A DNA stretch of 50,388 nt, taken from positions 1 to 50,388 of IMG/VR virus record IMGVR_UViG_3300044993_000048; one strand, written 5' to 3'. The notes under the pieces are model-generated. The model saw only the letters and a program-made list of their open reading frames with translations. It had not been told where the DNA came from and did no database searches. This DNA comes from a virus. Its lineage: Duplodnaviria > Caudoviricetes. Position 1 is the stretch's first letter. Each line of letters starts with the position of its first letter. Of the stretch, positions 18,234 through 27,066 are shown piece after piece. Both the position numbers and the translations under genes were made by a program.

Positions 18234-19316
18234 ATGAAAACCGGAATGTCCCTTGTCCAGATGGCCGAGACCCTGATGGCTCAGGCCGAGCAGAAGCGCG
18301 ACTACGTCGCCCCCACCGGCAGCCTGACTATGAGCCCGGACGCCAAGCGCGTCGCCATCGGCACGGCCGCCGAAGGTGCCCTGACCCGCCACGCTGAACG
18401 GCAGCTCGCCGCCAAGCTGGAGATCCCCGTGGCGTTCTATGATCGCCTGCGGGACCGTCACCCGGATCTGCTCAGCAACACCGTCAACACCCTGTTCCAG
18501 CGCGAGCCCCAGAAGGTCATGGTCCGCACGCTGAACGACAGTGTTCGGGCGTTCGTGTCGGACCGTTTCCGCCCCCTCGACAATTTCGATCTGTTTCAGG
18601 CAATCGCCCCGGAACTGATCAACATGGGCGCGCGGGTCGAGTCCTGTGAGCTGACCGAGACCAAGCTGTACATCAAGGCGCTGGCCCCGTGGCTGGACCG
18701 TGAGCTGGCCATGCCGCCGGGCCTCCAAATGGGTGTCGGCAACAACATCTTCACCCGCAAGGTCATCGGCGCGATCACGATCTCGAACTCTGAGGTCGGC
18801 GCGGGCGCGCTGTCCATCAGCCCGGCCATCTTTGAGCGTCAATGCACGAACCTCGCCGTGTTCAAGTCGGACGGCTACGGCAAGCTGCACGTCGGCAAGG
18901 CCCTCGGCGGCGATGACGTTCAGCAGTACCTGTCCGACGAGACCAAGCGGCTGTCGGACGCTGCGGTCTGGGCGCAGGCCCGCGACGTGGTCAAGGCAAC
19001 CCTCGACGGCCGGGTGATCGACCAGATCATCGCCAAGATGGAAGCCGCGCGCGGTGACGTGATCGAAGCCAACCCGACCGGCGTCGTGGAAGTCTTCGCC
19101 AAGCGCAATCGCTTCACCGAGGAGGAGAAGGGCGACCTGCTGAAGCATCTGGTAGGCTCGGGCGAGATGACCCGGTACGGACTCCAGTGGGCGGTGACGC
19201 GGATGGCCAACGACGCCGCCGACTACGACAGAGCGTCGGAACTCGAACGCCTCGGCGGTCAGGTGATCGAGCTGAGCAAGAACGAATGGAAGGAGATCGT
19301 CAAAGCGGCCGCCTGA
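18234..19316 (+). CDS. DUF932-like phage/plasmid protein
   Basis: Start re-called at ATG 18234 (GAGGAG); QLAAKLEIP..FYDRL, VRAFVSDRFRPLDN, ISNSEVGAGAL, C.NLA. Confidence 0.8.
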   Translation: MKTGMSLVQMAETLMAQAEQKRDYVAPTGSLTMSPDAKRVAIGTAAEGALTRHAERQLAAKLEIPVAFYDRLRDRHPDLLSNTVNTLFQREPQKVMVRTLNDSVRAFVSDRFRPLDNFDLFQAIAPELINMGARVESCELTETKLYIKALAPWLDRELAMPPGLQMGVGNNIFTRKVIGAITISNSEVGAGALSISPAIFERQCTNLAVFKSDGYGKLHVGKALGGDDVQQYLSDETKRLSDAAVWAQARDVVKATLDGRVIDQIIAKMEAARGDVIEANPTGVVEVFAKRNRFTEEEKGDLLKHLVGSGEMTRYGLQWAVTRMANDAADYDRASELERLGGQVIELSKNEWKEIVKAAA

Positions 19317-19335
19317 TTGTTTGAAGCTGACAGAT

Positions 19336-19365
19336 GCCGGGGCGCTCGTGGCCCCGGCTTTTTTT
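19336..19365 (+). terminator. Rho-independent terminator
   Basis: GCCGGGGC-GCTCGTG-GCCCCGGC followed by T7. Confidence 0.85.
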
Positions 19366-19376
19366 AGGGGACCATC

Positions 19377-19637
19377 ATGACTTCCAACGCATACCAAGAG
19401 CTGGCCCAACGGAAGATCAACGAGGCTCTTAACCTGACCGCCGCACAAATCGCTCGCGAGCAAGCCCGCGCCATCATCGCGTACATCCAGAAAAAAATCG
19501 AAAGCGAACCCAACTTGCTCGAAGACATGCAGGATACGCTGGAACTGTGGCGTCGCATTTACCTGATCCAAGACGAAGCCTGCGGCCGTCATCAGGACAG
19601 CCTCGAACGGATCGAGATGGAAATGCTGAAGTATTGA
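19377..19637 (+). CDS. Hypothetical helical protein
   Basis: 86 aa, AGGGG RBS. Confidence 0.55.
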   Translation: MTSNAYQELAQRKINEALNLTAAQIAREQARAIIAYIQKKIESEPNLLEDMQDTLELWRRIYLIQDEACGRHQDSLERIEMEMLKY

Positions 19638-19669
19638 CGCACCCCCCGGCGTGCGGGCCGGGGGGTGCG
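19638..19669. terminator. Perfect 13-bp hairpin between convergent units
   Basis: CGCACCCCCCGGC-GTGCGG-GCCGGGGGGTGCG; no U tract. Confidence 0.5.
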
Positions 19670-19731
19670 GCGCGGGGGAAGAGGAGAACTCATGCCTCGA
19701 AGTGGGTACAACGAGCCCGCGCATCGCGACA

Positions 19732-20208
19732 CTACCCCACAACCTCGGCCCAGAGCAAGTTCGCCGTGTAGTCTGGGACCAGCTCCCAGACGCTGATCTT
19801 GACCGCCCCTCCCGCAACCACCGGGCCGCGCCGCACCTCGATCTGATCCACCTGAGAGTCGTTGTTGAACAGGTTGGCGTGCTGCAATGCGTCTTCCAGC
19901 ACCTTGATGCGATTTGAGATGTCCTGCTCCCGGTTAGACCTCGGACACACCACCATGCGGTAGGCGATCCTGCCGGTAGATCGGTGGCATTTTTGATGCT
20001 CCAGAAGTGACGCCTTGACCAGCTCTTGGTATTCACGAGCTTCATGGCTGACGTAGGTCACTGCGGTAAGCCCTCCGTATCTGGATCGGATGGCCTTGTG
20101 ACGCCAGTAAACGTTAGCACTGGGAGGAAGAGGAAGGGTGAATCCCGCAAGAAGCGTTCGACCCGGGCGCGAACCGTCCAAGGTGCTTCCCGGTACGCCA
20201 GCCTCCAT
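19732..20208 (-). CDS. rusA: RusA-like Holliday junction resolvase
   Basis: LPLPPSANVYWR, DISNRIKVLEDALQHA.LFNNDSQVD; start uncertain. Confidence 0.85.
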   Translation of the reverse strand: MEAGVPGSTLDGSRPGRTLLAGFTLPLPPSANVYWRHKAIRSRYGGLTAVTYVSHEAREYQELVKASLLEHQKCHRSTGRIAYRMVVCPRSNREQDISNRIKVLEDALQHANLFNNDSQVDQIEVRRGPVVAGGAVKISVWELVPDYTANLLWAEVVG

Positions 20209-20534
20209 ACCGAGTAGCCCAGCTCCGATGAAATCTTGTTGAGCATCATCACTTGGCTTCCCCATCTCTCCTCCCAGCTATCCACCCCACCATTGATCCG
20301 GCAATCGATCCCAAACTCTCCGACGTGCCAGTCATGATGCAGCGGAATCTGAAGCGCGTCATTCTGCTTCTGCCCGACGCCCGGGGTGCCAAAAGGAGAA
20401 GCCGCCATCGAGCCGCCTCGGCAATGATGCAATGTCACGGGGCGCTGTCCAGTCACCACGCACGGCAATGCCCGCAATGCCTTCAGGTGCTCGGCCAGCG
20501 ACGGCAGCGGTTCTTGTTGGCCCCACAAGATCAA
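20058..20534 (-). CDS. Ref/DUF968-like HNH-type protein
   Basis: LPCVV.G......HH..G, G.GQK..D...IPL...H.G..GI, WE..WGSQ. Confidence 0.7.
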   Translation of the reverse strand: MILWGQQEPLPSLAEHLKALRALPCVVTGQRPVTLHHCRGGSMAASPFGTPGVGQKQNDALQIPLHHDWHVGEFGIDCRINGGVDSWEERWGSQVMMLNKISSELGYSVWRLAYREAPWTVRARVERFLRDSPFLFLPVLTFTGVTRPSDPDTEGLPQ

Positions 20535-20821
20535 TGCAGGACCCCAGCCTCGGAGTCCACGAGATACCCGTAGCGACTCGCCATCTCAATCCTCTCCCCA
20601 ACAGTCAGGTGCCTGCGCATCCAGTCCTCGAAGCAGTCCCTGAGATTGAAATTGTCCTCGACCGAAGTCGGGTTGCGCAGCGCAGTGTCGTAATACTCGA
20701 TGACCTTCTTCGACAGCGGATCTCCTCGCCGCGCCAGCTCGCCGATGTTCGGTCCGTAGATGCGTAGCACCTCCTGCACCTTGCTCCAGTCCCATTTCCG
20801 CAACGAATTCTGATTGCTCAC
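20531..20821 (-). CDS. Hypothetical protein
   Basis: Start re-called at GTG 20821 (GGAGG, GTGA overlap). Confidence 0.55.
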   Translation of the reverse strand: MSNQNSLRKWDWSKVQEVLRIYGPNIGELARRGDPLSKKVIEYYDTALRNPTSVEDNFNLRDCFEDWMRRHLTVGERIEMASRYGYLVDSEAGVLH

Positions 20822-21576
20822 TCGTAACCTCCCCAACGGGCGTAAGGCTTCCTCACCAACTCGTGAAATCTACCAGCCACCATCTCGCTTTTGTCCAGCT
20901 CCGACAAGGACTCGATCTTCAAGACTGCCTTCACGTACTCCTTGGCCGTGTCCGCAGACCAGTTCTTCATGACCCCTGATCGCGTCTCTGTCAGATATTG
21001 CACGAACATGGGAGACGTGATCATCAGGTGCGCCTGCTGAGACAACGTCTGCTTTTTTCGCGCGCGCTCGGCCACTGACTGCTTCACCTGATCGACAGGC
21101 TGATTGTCATCTGTTAGTTCGACCATGATGACCTGAAACGTAGACCCGGGCGTTTTCCCGTGACGCTTCTTGAATCTAGCGAACGGATGGACTTCGGCAT
21201 GCTCGTCCAGCCAGAAGCGCACCGTCTGCCCTGCTGGCGTCTCCCCCCACGCGGCCAGCATCAGTTCATCCGAGTACACCATCTCCCCGGTCTCAATACT
21301 CGCGATTGCGGCATGAAACCGCGTGCCAGCCCGATCCCCTCGGCGTCGAGTGAACGTCTTGAACGGATGCGCGCGATCTACCGAATCCCCCATGATCCGA
21401 AGATCAAGGGTGCGACCTAACTCCAGCTCCCACTTCGCGTTCAGTATCTCGCATTCGCCCTCAAAGGCAACGAGGCTTTTGATCTCGCTCGCTTGATGTT
21501 CAGGTGAGTGATGAAGCGCTGCGTCGCTAGGCTGATAGGCGTCGGATCGTAGGTGTTCCACTGTCGCGGTGGCCAT
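20818..21576 (-). CDS. Hypothetical protein (internally repeated N-domain, C-terminal 'IESLSELD' helix domain)
   Basis: GAGAGG RBS before ATG 21576; overlaps the helicase 3' end; HPF..F..R motif occurs twice. Confidence 0.6.
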   Translation of the reverse strand: MATATVEHLRSDAYQPSDAALHHSPEHQASEIKSLVAFEGECEILNAKWELELGRTLDLRIMGDSVDRAHPFKTFTRRRGDRAGTRFHAAIASIETGEMVYSDELMLAAWGETPAGQTVRFWLDEHAEVHPFARFKKRHGKTPGSTFQVIMVELTDDNQPVDQVKQSVAERARKKQTLSQQAHLMITSPMFVQYLTETRSGVMKNWSADTAKEYVKAVLKIESLSELDKSEMVAGRFHELVRKPYARWGGYE

Positions 21577-22961
21577 GTTTTGAACCTCTCTTGGTATGCG
21601 TATGCCGCCCATCCGATCCGGTAGTTCTTCTGCTTCGCGTACCACAACAGCTCGGTGAAAAACCTCATCTGCTCCAGCGGCGATAGCTCGTGCTTGTTCT
21701 CGTCATCGAACGGGATCAACTCCCCATCGACGATGGTGAACCTCTCGGCAAGCGCGGTGAAGTGATACCCGCAACTCGGGCAAGTCAGAGATGCGACAAA
21801 GACAGTGCTGCACTTCGGGCATGTCAGATTCCTGAACGGCTTGCGCTTGACCTCGCCATTCGAGTCCTTGTACGTCGCCTTCGGATCTCGCACGCCATTC
21901 AAAGACCAGTAACGCTCTTCCTCCACGAATCCGTGGTAATGCACGTTGCCCGCATGGTCCAGCACCAGACAATCACTCTTCCCGGGTGCGATTCTCATGC
22001 CTCTGCCGATCATCTGAATGTACTTGACGATGCTCTTCGTCGGGCGAGCCATGACAATGCAGTCTAGCTCCGGCAGATCAAACCCGTAGGTCGCCAGATC
22101 CACGTTGCACAACATCTGCGTTTCGCCAGAGCGAAACCGATCAAAAATCTCGTCGCGCTGCGCCGTAGACATCGTCCCATCGCAGTGCTCAGCAGCCACG
22201 CCCGCTTTCCGAAACTCCTCGGCCATGTAGACGGATTGCTCGATCTTCGACGCAAACAACACCGTCCTGCGGCCGCCCGCATGCCGCATCCAGTGCCCGA
22301 CAATGTCGCCCAGCAACGGCATCATTCGCTCTGCCGCTTGCCCCTGATCCCAGTCACCCATGCGCGTCTTGACGCGCGCCATGTCGGGAGCCGATGGAGC
22401 AAGGTATCTCGGCAATACCAGATACCCCTGATCCACAAGCTGCTTGATCGTGGCCGGCGCAATCAGTTTGTCGAACAGGTTGCCCATGCCCCTGCCGTCG
22501 AATCGGCCCGGCGTAGCAGTGAAGCCGTAAATCTTCGCGTCTGGGTACAGCTCCATCAGTTCAAGTCGATTCTCGGTGATGTACAAATGCGCCTCGTCGA
22601 TGAAGATCACGTCCGCGCGCGGGGGCTCAATCTTCTTGTCCTTCAAAACGCGCCGAGTCAACGTGTCCACCGAAGCCACCTGAACCTTCGCGTACAGGTT
22701 CGGCTTGCGAGATTGCGCAGAAATCACCCCGTACTTGAACTCGCACCAGTCGTCTAGCTTCGAGCACAACTGATCGATCAGCTCGTGGCGCGGCGCAACC
22801 ATCAGCACGTACTTGCCCGCCTCGGTCGCGCGCTTGGCCATCTCGCTCATGAGCACCGTTTTCCCTGAGCCAGTCGGAGAGGCAACCAGAATCCGCCTCT
22901 CGGGCCTTGCCTCAATCCTCTCGATGGCTTTCTGCTGATACGGCCTGAGCTTGACACTCAT
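21441..22961 (-). CDS. SF2 DEAD/DEAH helicase with C-terminal Zn ribbon
   Basis: LRPYQ, SPTGSGKT, IDEAH, GFTATPGR, QMIGRGMR, CPKC..CPSC; start re-called at 22961. Confidence 0.92.
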   Translation of the reverse strand: MSVKLRPYQQKAIERIEARPERRILVASPTGSGKTVLMSEMAKRATEAGKYVLMVAPRHELIDQLCSKLDDWCEFKYGVISAQSRKPNLYAKVQVASVDTLTRRVLKDKKIEPPRADVIFIDEAHLYITENRLELMELYPDAKIYGFTATPGRFDGRGMGNLFDKLIAPATIKQLVDQGYLVLPRYLAPSAPDMARVKTRMGDWDQGQAAERMMPLLGDIVGHWMRHAGGRRTVLFASKIEQSVYMAEEFRKAGVAAEHCDGTMSTAQRDEIFDRFRSGETQMLCNVDLATYGFDLPELDCIVMARPTKSIVKYIQMIGRGMRIAPGKSDCLVLDHAGNVHYHGFVEEERYWSLNGVRDPKATYKDSNGEVKRKPFRNLTCPKCSTVFVASLTCPSCGYHFTALAERFTIVDGELIPFDDENKHELSPLEQMRFFTELLWYAKQKNYRIGWAAYAYQERFKTWPPRQWNTYDPTPISLATQRFITHLNIKRARSKASLPLRANARY

Positions 22962-23400
22962 CGACAAACCTCCCCGGACTACCCGTATTGCGGAATTGGT
23001 ACGGAGCCCGAGACCCGCCGACCAGCGTGACCCACTCCGCCCCATCTCGAACCAGCGCGCGCTCCATGCGTCTCGCGCTCTCGCTCTCGATGTCGTCCGT
23101 CCACGCGACGACATGCTGGCCCTCCACGGGCCAGAAAAACAGCATCGGATCGGCCGATTTTTCGTACAGCAACAGGTTGTCTTGCCCCTTCCGGTTCCCG
23201 GAGTAGAACCGTTTCGGGGCCACAACGATCAGCTTCGGAGCGTCCCCACTCCGTAGACGCGACAGCAAACCCAGACCCCCTTCCGGAAGCCTCTGCGTAG
23301 GACGCGGTTCCCGCACAACCCACCCCCTATCTACTACTGCTACGACCTGCCAGTAGCTACCAAGGCAGGACAGGACACCCCTCCAACCCCCCCCCAGCAT
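22912..23400 (-). CDS. Hypothetical protein; the true start is probably well downstream of 23400
   Basis: C-terminal half looks globular (FFWPVEG.HVV...ERALVRDGA..V); N-terminal part does not look protein-like. Confidence 0.4.
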   Translation of the reverse strand: MLGGGWRGVLSCLGSYWQVVAVVDRGWVVREPRPTQRLPEGGLGLLSRLRSGDAPKLIVVAPKRFYSGNRKGQDNLLLYEKSADPMLFFWPVEGQHVVAWTDDIESESARRMERALVRDGAEWVTLVGGSRAPYQFRNTGSPGRFVDECQAQAVSAESHRED

Positions 23401-23442
23401 CCAGAGGGAGCTGCCGAGCGAGCCGAAGGAAGACCCTCGCTA

Positions 23443-23470
23443 TGTTACACCGTTGACACAAGGTGTAACA
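23443..23470. promoter_or_regulatory. Inverted repeat (operator/promoter)
   Basis: TGTTACACC-10 bp-GGTGTAACA, with TTGACA in the spacer. Confidence 0.6.
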
Positions 23471-23477
23471 ATCGCGA

Positions 23478-23923
23478 TGGCCTCCCTGATCGATGTCGTC
23501 AGCACCCATCGGGTTGCCGCGTCGCATCGCCGCCCGGGTTCGCGAGTCCGCGCCCAAGCTGGTCGGCCCTTCCCGGGGGAACTCCCGGTCCTACGTGGTG
23601 CCGACAACTGGCATGCACTGGGGTCTTGCTGCACGCCCTCGTTCTTCACGGGGGCAACTCACCCAGACACCCAGCCGAGTGTCCACTGCCGCTGTGTAAC
23701 CCATTGTAGCGGCGGTTCGGCTGGCCCAACCGAGACGAGGACGCATAAACCAGCCGGTTGTCCGGTCTGTCTGGCAGAGGGGCTTCAGTGGGGGCTTGCT
23801 TAACGAGGCAGAACATGTGAAAGTTCGCCTGTCAGTGAGCCGACACTGGCTAGCCCGAGCTGCCTGTTACAGACTCGTGCAACGCCCCCTGATAACCAAC
23901 GGTTGTCCGGGGGCGTTTCTTTT
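23478..23923 (+). ncRNA. Candidate structured non-coding RNA (~450 nt)
   Basis: At least seven consecutive hairpins whose mismatches are G-U wobbles on the + strand; ends in a stem plus TCTTTT; no credible ORF. Confidence 0.5.
23881..23923 (+). terminator. Intrinsic terminator-like hairpin
   Basis: AACGCCCCC-T-GATAACC-AAC-GGTTGTC-C-GGGGGCGTT then TCTTTT. Confidence 0.65.
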
Positions 23924-23969
23924 ATCGCTCAGATCCAGCCCCGTGTCAAATTTCCGGCCTGATTTGACT

Positions 23970-24164
23970 TCAGGCCGCCACTGGAGTATGGGCGCGCTCC
24001 CGGTACTCCACGATCTTGCGGGTCAGGTTCTGAAGCTGCGGGCTGGTGTCGTTCACCCGAGAGCGCTCGCGCAGCAGCAGCAGCCACAGCGTCTGCAATT
24101 CACTCAGCGTGAAAGTCGCCTCGATCACTCGGTCGTCCATTGCCGGAATCCCAAGGTTGTCCAT
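23970..24164 (-). CDS. Small hypothetical protein at the divergent promoter
   Basis: 64 aa from ATG 24164, which lies ~10 nt after a TG-T-TACGAT extended -10 box (nearly leaderless). Confidence 0.5.
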   Translation of the reverse strand: MDNLGIPAMDDRVIEATFTLSELQTLWLLLLRERSRVNDTSPQLQNLTRKIVEYRERAHTPVAA

Positions 24165-24234
24165 TGCGACAGATCGTAACACAGGCCAAAACCAAAAACA
24201 CAAGCCAATGCCGTTTCTCTCGTTTGTGTCGGGC

Positions 24235-24263
24235 TTGTTTTTTTTGTAACGATGTGTTACAAT
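24235..24263 (+). promoter_or_regulatory. Early promoter with a palindromic operator
   Basis: TTGTTT-17 bp-TACAAT; TTGTAAC-N5-GTTACAA at 24244-24262. Confidence 0.7.
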
Positions 24264-24292
24264 TCTCCCCTGACACCAATCAGGAGAAGCTC

Positions 24293-24484
24293 ATGTCCGC
24301 ACGTCAAATAGAAGGCTTCGACTACCGCCTCGGGAAGCAGGTCTCGCGCAGCCGTCGCGAGTGGAAAGAAGAACTGAGGAAGGCTGAAGCAGCAGGCGCT
24401 CGCGTCATCCGCAAGGAAGGCGACACGCTCGTCGTCCCGCGCGGAGCCTCCGTATCGTTTGAGATATGGGAGGTTGTCCGATGA
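24293..24484 (+). CDS. Small early protein
   Basis: AGGAG RBS, 63 aa, ATGA-coupled. Confidence 0.6.
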   Translation: MSARQIEGFDYRLGKQVSRSRREWKEELRKAEAAGARVIRKEGDTLVVPRGASVSFEIWEVVR

Positions 24485-25047
24485 ACTACTTGATCCGTTT
24501 GTCGGAAAGGCCGCGCGACTTTCAGCGCGCCCGGGTCTACAAGGCAGAGCAAGAGGCTTTCATGAATGACGCACTACTCGACTCCATCTTGCCTTCGCTG
24601 GAAGACTGCGAGAAGTACCTTCGGCGCGTGGTCAGGATGAAGCGCTTGAGCTGCATCGAGTACGCGCCTGATCATCACTCTCACACGCTGAGGCAAGGCT
24701 GGATGCCAGTCATCAAGGATGCGCGCGGAAGCGTGTTCGCTCGGGCACTGGGAGACGAGATTCGCCTGCCGCATTGGGCGAGAAAGCGCTGGGTCATTCT
24801 TCACGAGCTGACCCACCTTCTGATGCCGCCACACCTTTCATCTCACGGCTGGGAGTTCTGCGCGACCTACCTCAAGGTCGTGCAATACGCGGAAGGTCGA
24901 GAAGCGAGCGACCGTCTCAAGGCGGCGTTCAAGAACCATCGAGTTCGTTTCCGCCCCAAGCGAAAAGTGACGATGACCACTGAGCGACGTATCAAGCTGG
25001 CCGATCGAATGGCAGCTATGGGATCGCCTAGGAGGGTGGCGCGATGA
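24481..25047 (+). CDS. HExxH zinc metallopeptidase-like protein (Rv0185/SprT-like)
   Basis: RDFQRARVYKAE, VILHELTH, HGWEFC..YL. Confidence 0.8.
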   Translation: MNYLIRLSERPRDFQRARVYKAEQEAFMNDALLDSILPSLEDCEKYLRRVVRMKRLSCIEYAPDHHSHTLRQGWMPVIKDARGSVFARALGDEIRLPHWARKRWVILHELTHLLMPPHLSSHGWEFCATYLKVVQYAEGREASDRLKAAFKNHRVRFRPKRKVTMTTERRIKLADRMAAMGSPRRVAR

Positions 25048-26000
25048 ACATCTTCTGCACAGACTCTCATCGTCCGAGCCCGGTAGAGATCGCCTCTGCC
25101 CTGATTGAATTCGCCAGCCGGTCGAGCAATAAAATCGAGGCGGGGTTCTTCCGCATGGCCGCCGAAGCAGCAGCCAAGGCTGAGGTCTTTGAGTTCGGCG
25201 ACGTTCCTGAAAAACGTCTCAAAGATGAAGCAAAGCGCGGCGGAGAACTGTACAACGCGAAGCTACTGGACCTGCCGTACTCCTCAGTCATCTACTGGTA
25301 TAACTGCGTGCCGGAGCCCGAGACCGTCAGCTCTTTAACTGACATCTATGACAAGCACACAGATAGCAAGCTGCCGCTTAGTTCAATCCTGACCGAAGCC
25401 GGGGTGCGATTTATGACGCTTGCGTTCAACAAGCGGGCTTTAGGGATTGACGAAAATATCGGGTCGTCTATCTGTGCGCTCGACTTCTCGCGTTTGAACG
25501 ACATGCTGAAGCAGGAAATCGATGTTCGTCGCAAGGAGGGATTCGCGTTGATTAGCGGCGGGGTCTTCTCCAGTGCTAACAAGTCGGACTGGGAAGGAAA
25601 TCTCTACTACCCAATGGACGACGAGTTTTTTGAAAAGAACGGCAAAGCTCCCGCGCTCGGGTCGCTGGCCGATGGCGTCATGTCGATGTCGATGATCTTG
25701 CAGACCAAGGGCATCGGGCTTCGCAGGGAAGAGCCGTCAGCGAAGCTTAACAAGAAGCGCGCGGCTTCCGGCAAGCCGCTAATGTCCGCAGTGACCTACG
25801 TCAACGCTAAGGCTTACTTTGAGGCGGCGAGAAATACCAGACGGGGAGGGTCTCACGCAAGCCCGGTCCCCCATCTGCGACGCGGCCATATCCGCACGTA
25901 TGAGGACGGCCGGAAGGTCTGGATTCGCGATGCGCTGGTGAATTGCAGATCACTCTCGGAACTTCATTTGCGGGACAGATACGAAGTCGAAACAGCTTGA
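25044..26000 (+). CDS. Hypothetical protein with C-terminal HASP.PHLRRGH motif
   Basis: 318 aa; KLNKKR..SGK.....HASPVPHLRRGHIR...GRKVWIR..LVN. Confidence 0.75.
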   Translation: MNIFCTDSHRPSPVEIASALIEFASRSSNKIEAGFFRMAAEAAAKAEVFEFGDVPEKRLKDEAKRGGELYNAKLLDLPYSSVIYWYNCVPEPETVSSLTDIYDKHTDSKLPLSSILTEAGVRFMTLAFNKRALGIDENIGSSICALDFSRLNDMLKQEIDVRRKEGFALISGGVFSSANKSDWEGNLYYPMDDEFFEKNGKAPALGSLADGVMSMSMILQTKGIGLRREEPSAKLNKKRAASGKPLMSAVTYVNAKAYFEAARNTRRGGSHASPVPHLRRGHIRTYEDGRKVWIRDALVNCRSLSELHLRDRYEVETA

Positions 26001-26025
26001 CACACTCGGTTACTTGCAATAAGGT
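25997..26025 (+). promoter_or_regulatory. Sigma70-like promoter for the recombination genes
   Basis: TTGACA-17 bp-TAAGGT ahead of the recT RBS GGAGG. Confidence 0.55.
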
Positions 26026-26049
26026 CGGCTCGGGTACAACGGAGGGCTC

Positions 26050-27066
26050 ATGGCTACCACACAGAGAATTGCTACGCTGTCTCAAGATCAAGTCATCACT
26101 GCGCTTGATCGGATTCGCGACACGTTCGTTTCGCTTGCCAAGCAAGCTCCCGTTCCACTCGATTGGAAGCGCGAAGTCGGTTTCGCGGTCCAGATCATCA
26201 TGCGAGATGATCGACTTTTGCAGTGCGACCTTAGCTCCATCGTCAATGCAGTCGTCAATCTCGCTGCCGTCGGATTGACGCTGAACCCTATCAAACAGCA
26301 GGCCACCATCGTTGCGCGATGGAACCGTGACAAGCGCTGCTACGAGGCCGGACTGACCATCATGTATCGCGGCCTTGCCTATCTTGCTGGTCAGGCTGGG
26401 GTCACCAACATCGTCACGGATGTTGTGTACTCGGCCGACGAGTTTTCAGTCAGCCGCACCGATCAGGGCGATCAGTACGTTCACAAGATCAACGTCACCA
26501 CGCCTCGGGATGGAGTCAGCAACAAGTTCGTCGGCGTCTACGTTGCCGCTCGCATGCCCGGTAACAAGGCTTTGCCCAAAGTCGAATGGATACCGGCCGA
26601 AGACATCTACGCGATGCGCGATCAGTCGGATGGGTATCGGGACGACAAGGGCGAAGTCCGAAAGAATTCCCCGTGGGTGAAATGGTTCGATGAGATGGCG
26701 AAGAAGTCTGGGCTCAAGCGGGCTCAGAAACGGTGGGAGGAATCCGCCATCGACAGCCCGCACTGGGAACGGCTCCAGCAGGCGGTCAGCATCGACAACG
26801 TTACCGAGGGCGTCATCAAGCCACGAGACAGCGACATTGTCGTGGAGCAGGACAAGCCGAAGCTGTCGATGGAGCAGATCGCAGAGATCGAAAGACTGGC
26901 CAGCGAAGTCTGGCCTTCGACTGAGCTCAAGCCGAAGCTCACCGAAACTGCGATCACGCGGATTTGCCGGGCCTACAAGGCGAACGCGCTCAGCGAGATT
27001 GATGAAGACCGATACAACGAAATCATCTCTCGCATCGCGGATGCTCGCGCAAGGGTGGCGTCATGA
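26050..27066 (+). CDS. recT: RecT-family single-strand annealing protein
   Basis: SIVNAV.N.A.VGLTLNP, IMYRGL, VVYSADEF, PW..WFDEMAKKSGLKRA.K.W. Confidence 0.88.
   Translation: MATTQRIATLSQDQVITALDRIRDTFVSLAKQAPVPLDWKREVGFAVQIIMRDDRLLQCDLSSIVNAVVNLAAVGLTLNPIKQQATIVARWNRDKRCYEAGLTIMYRGLAYLAGQAGVTNIVTDVVYSADEFSVSRTDQGDQYVHKINVTTPRDGVSNKFVGVYVAARMPGNKALPKVEWIPAEDIYAMRDQSDGYRDDKGEVRKNSPWVKWFDEMAKKSGLKRAQKRWEESAIDSPHWERLQQAVSIDNVTEGVIKPRDSDIVVEQDKPKLSMEQIAEIERLASEVWPSTELKPKLTETAITRICRAYKANALSEIDEDRYNEIISRIADARARVAS

Noticed and set aside
19692-19796. RBS-led 34-codon + ORF (GAGGAGAACT, same RBS context as DUF932)
   Set aside because: Runs antisense into rusA with an unconvincing sequence; possibly a remnant, not supportable
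18009-20045. 678-aa - strand ORF
   Set aside because: Antisense shadow of the GC3-biased DUF932 gene, which has a promoter, RBS, terminator and family motifs
23453-23803. 116-aa + ORF and other short ORFs in the structured region
   Set aside because: No RBS, non-protein-like composition; nucleotide-level pairing explains the sequence better
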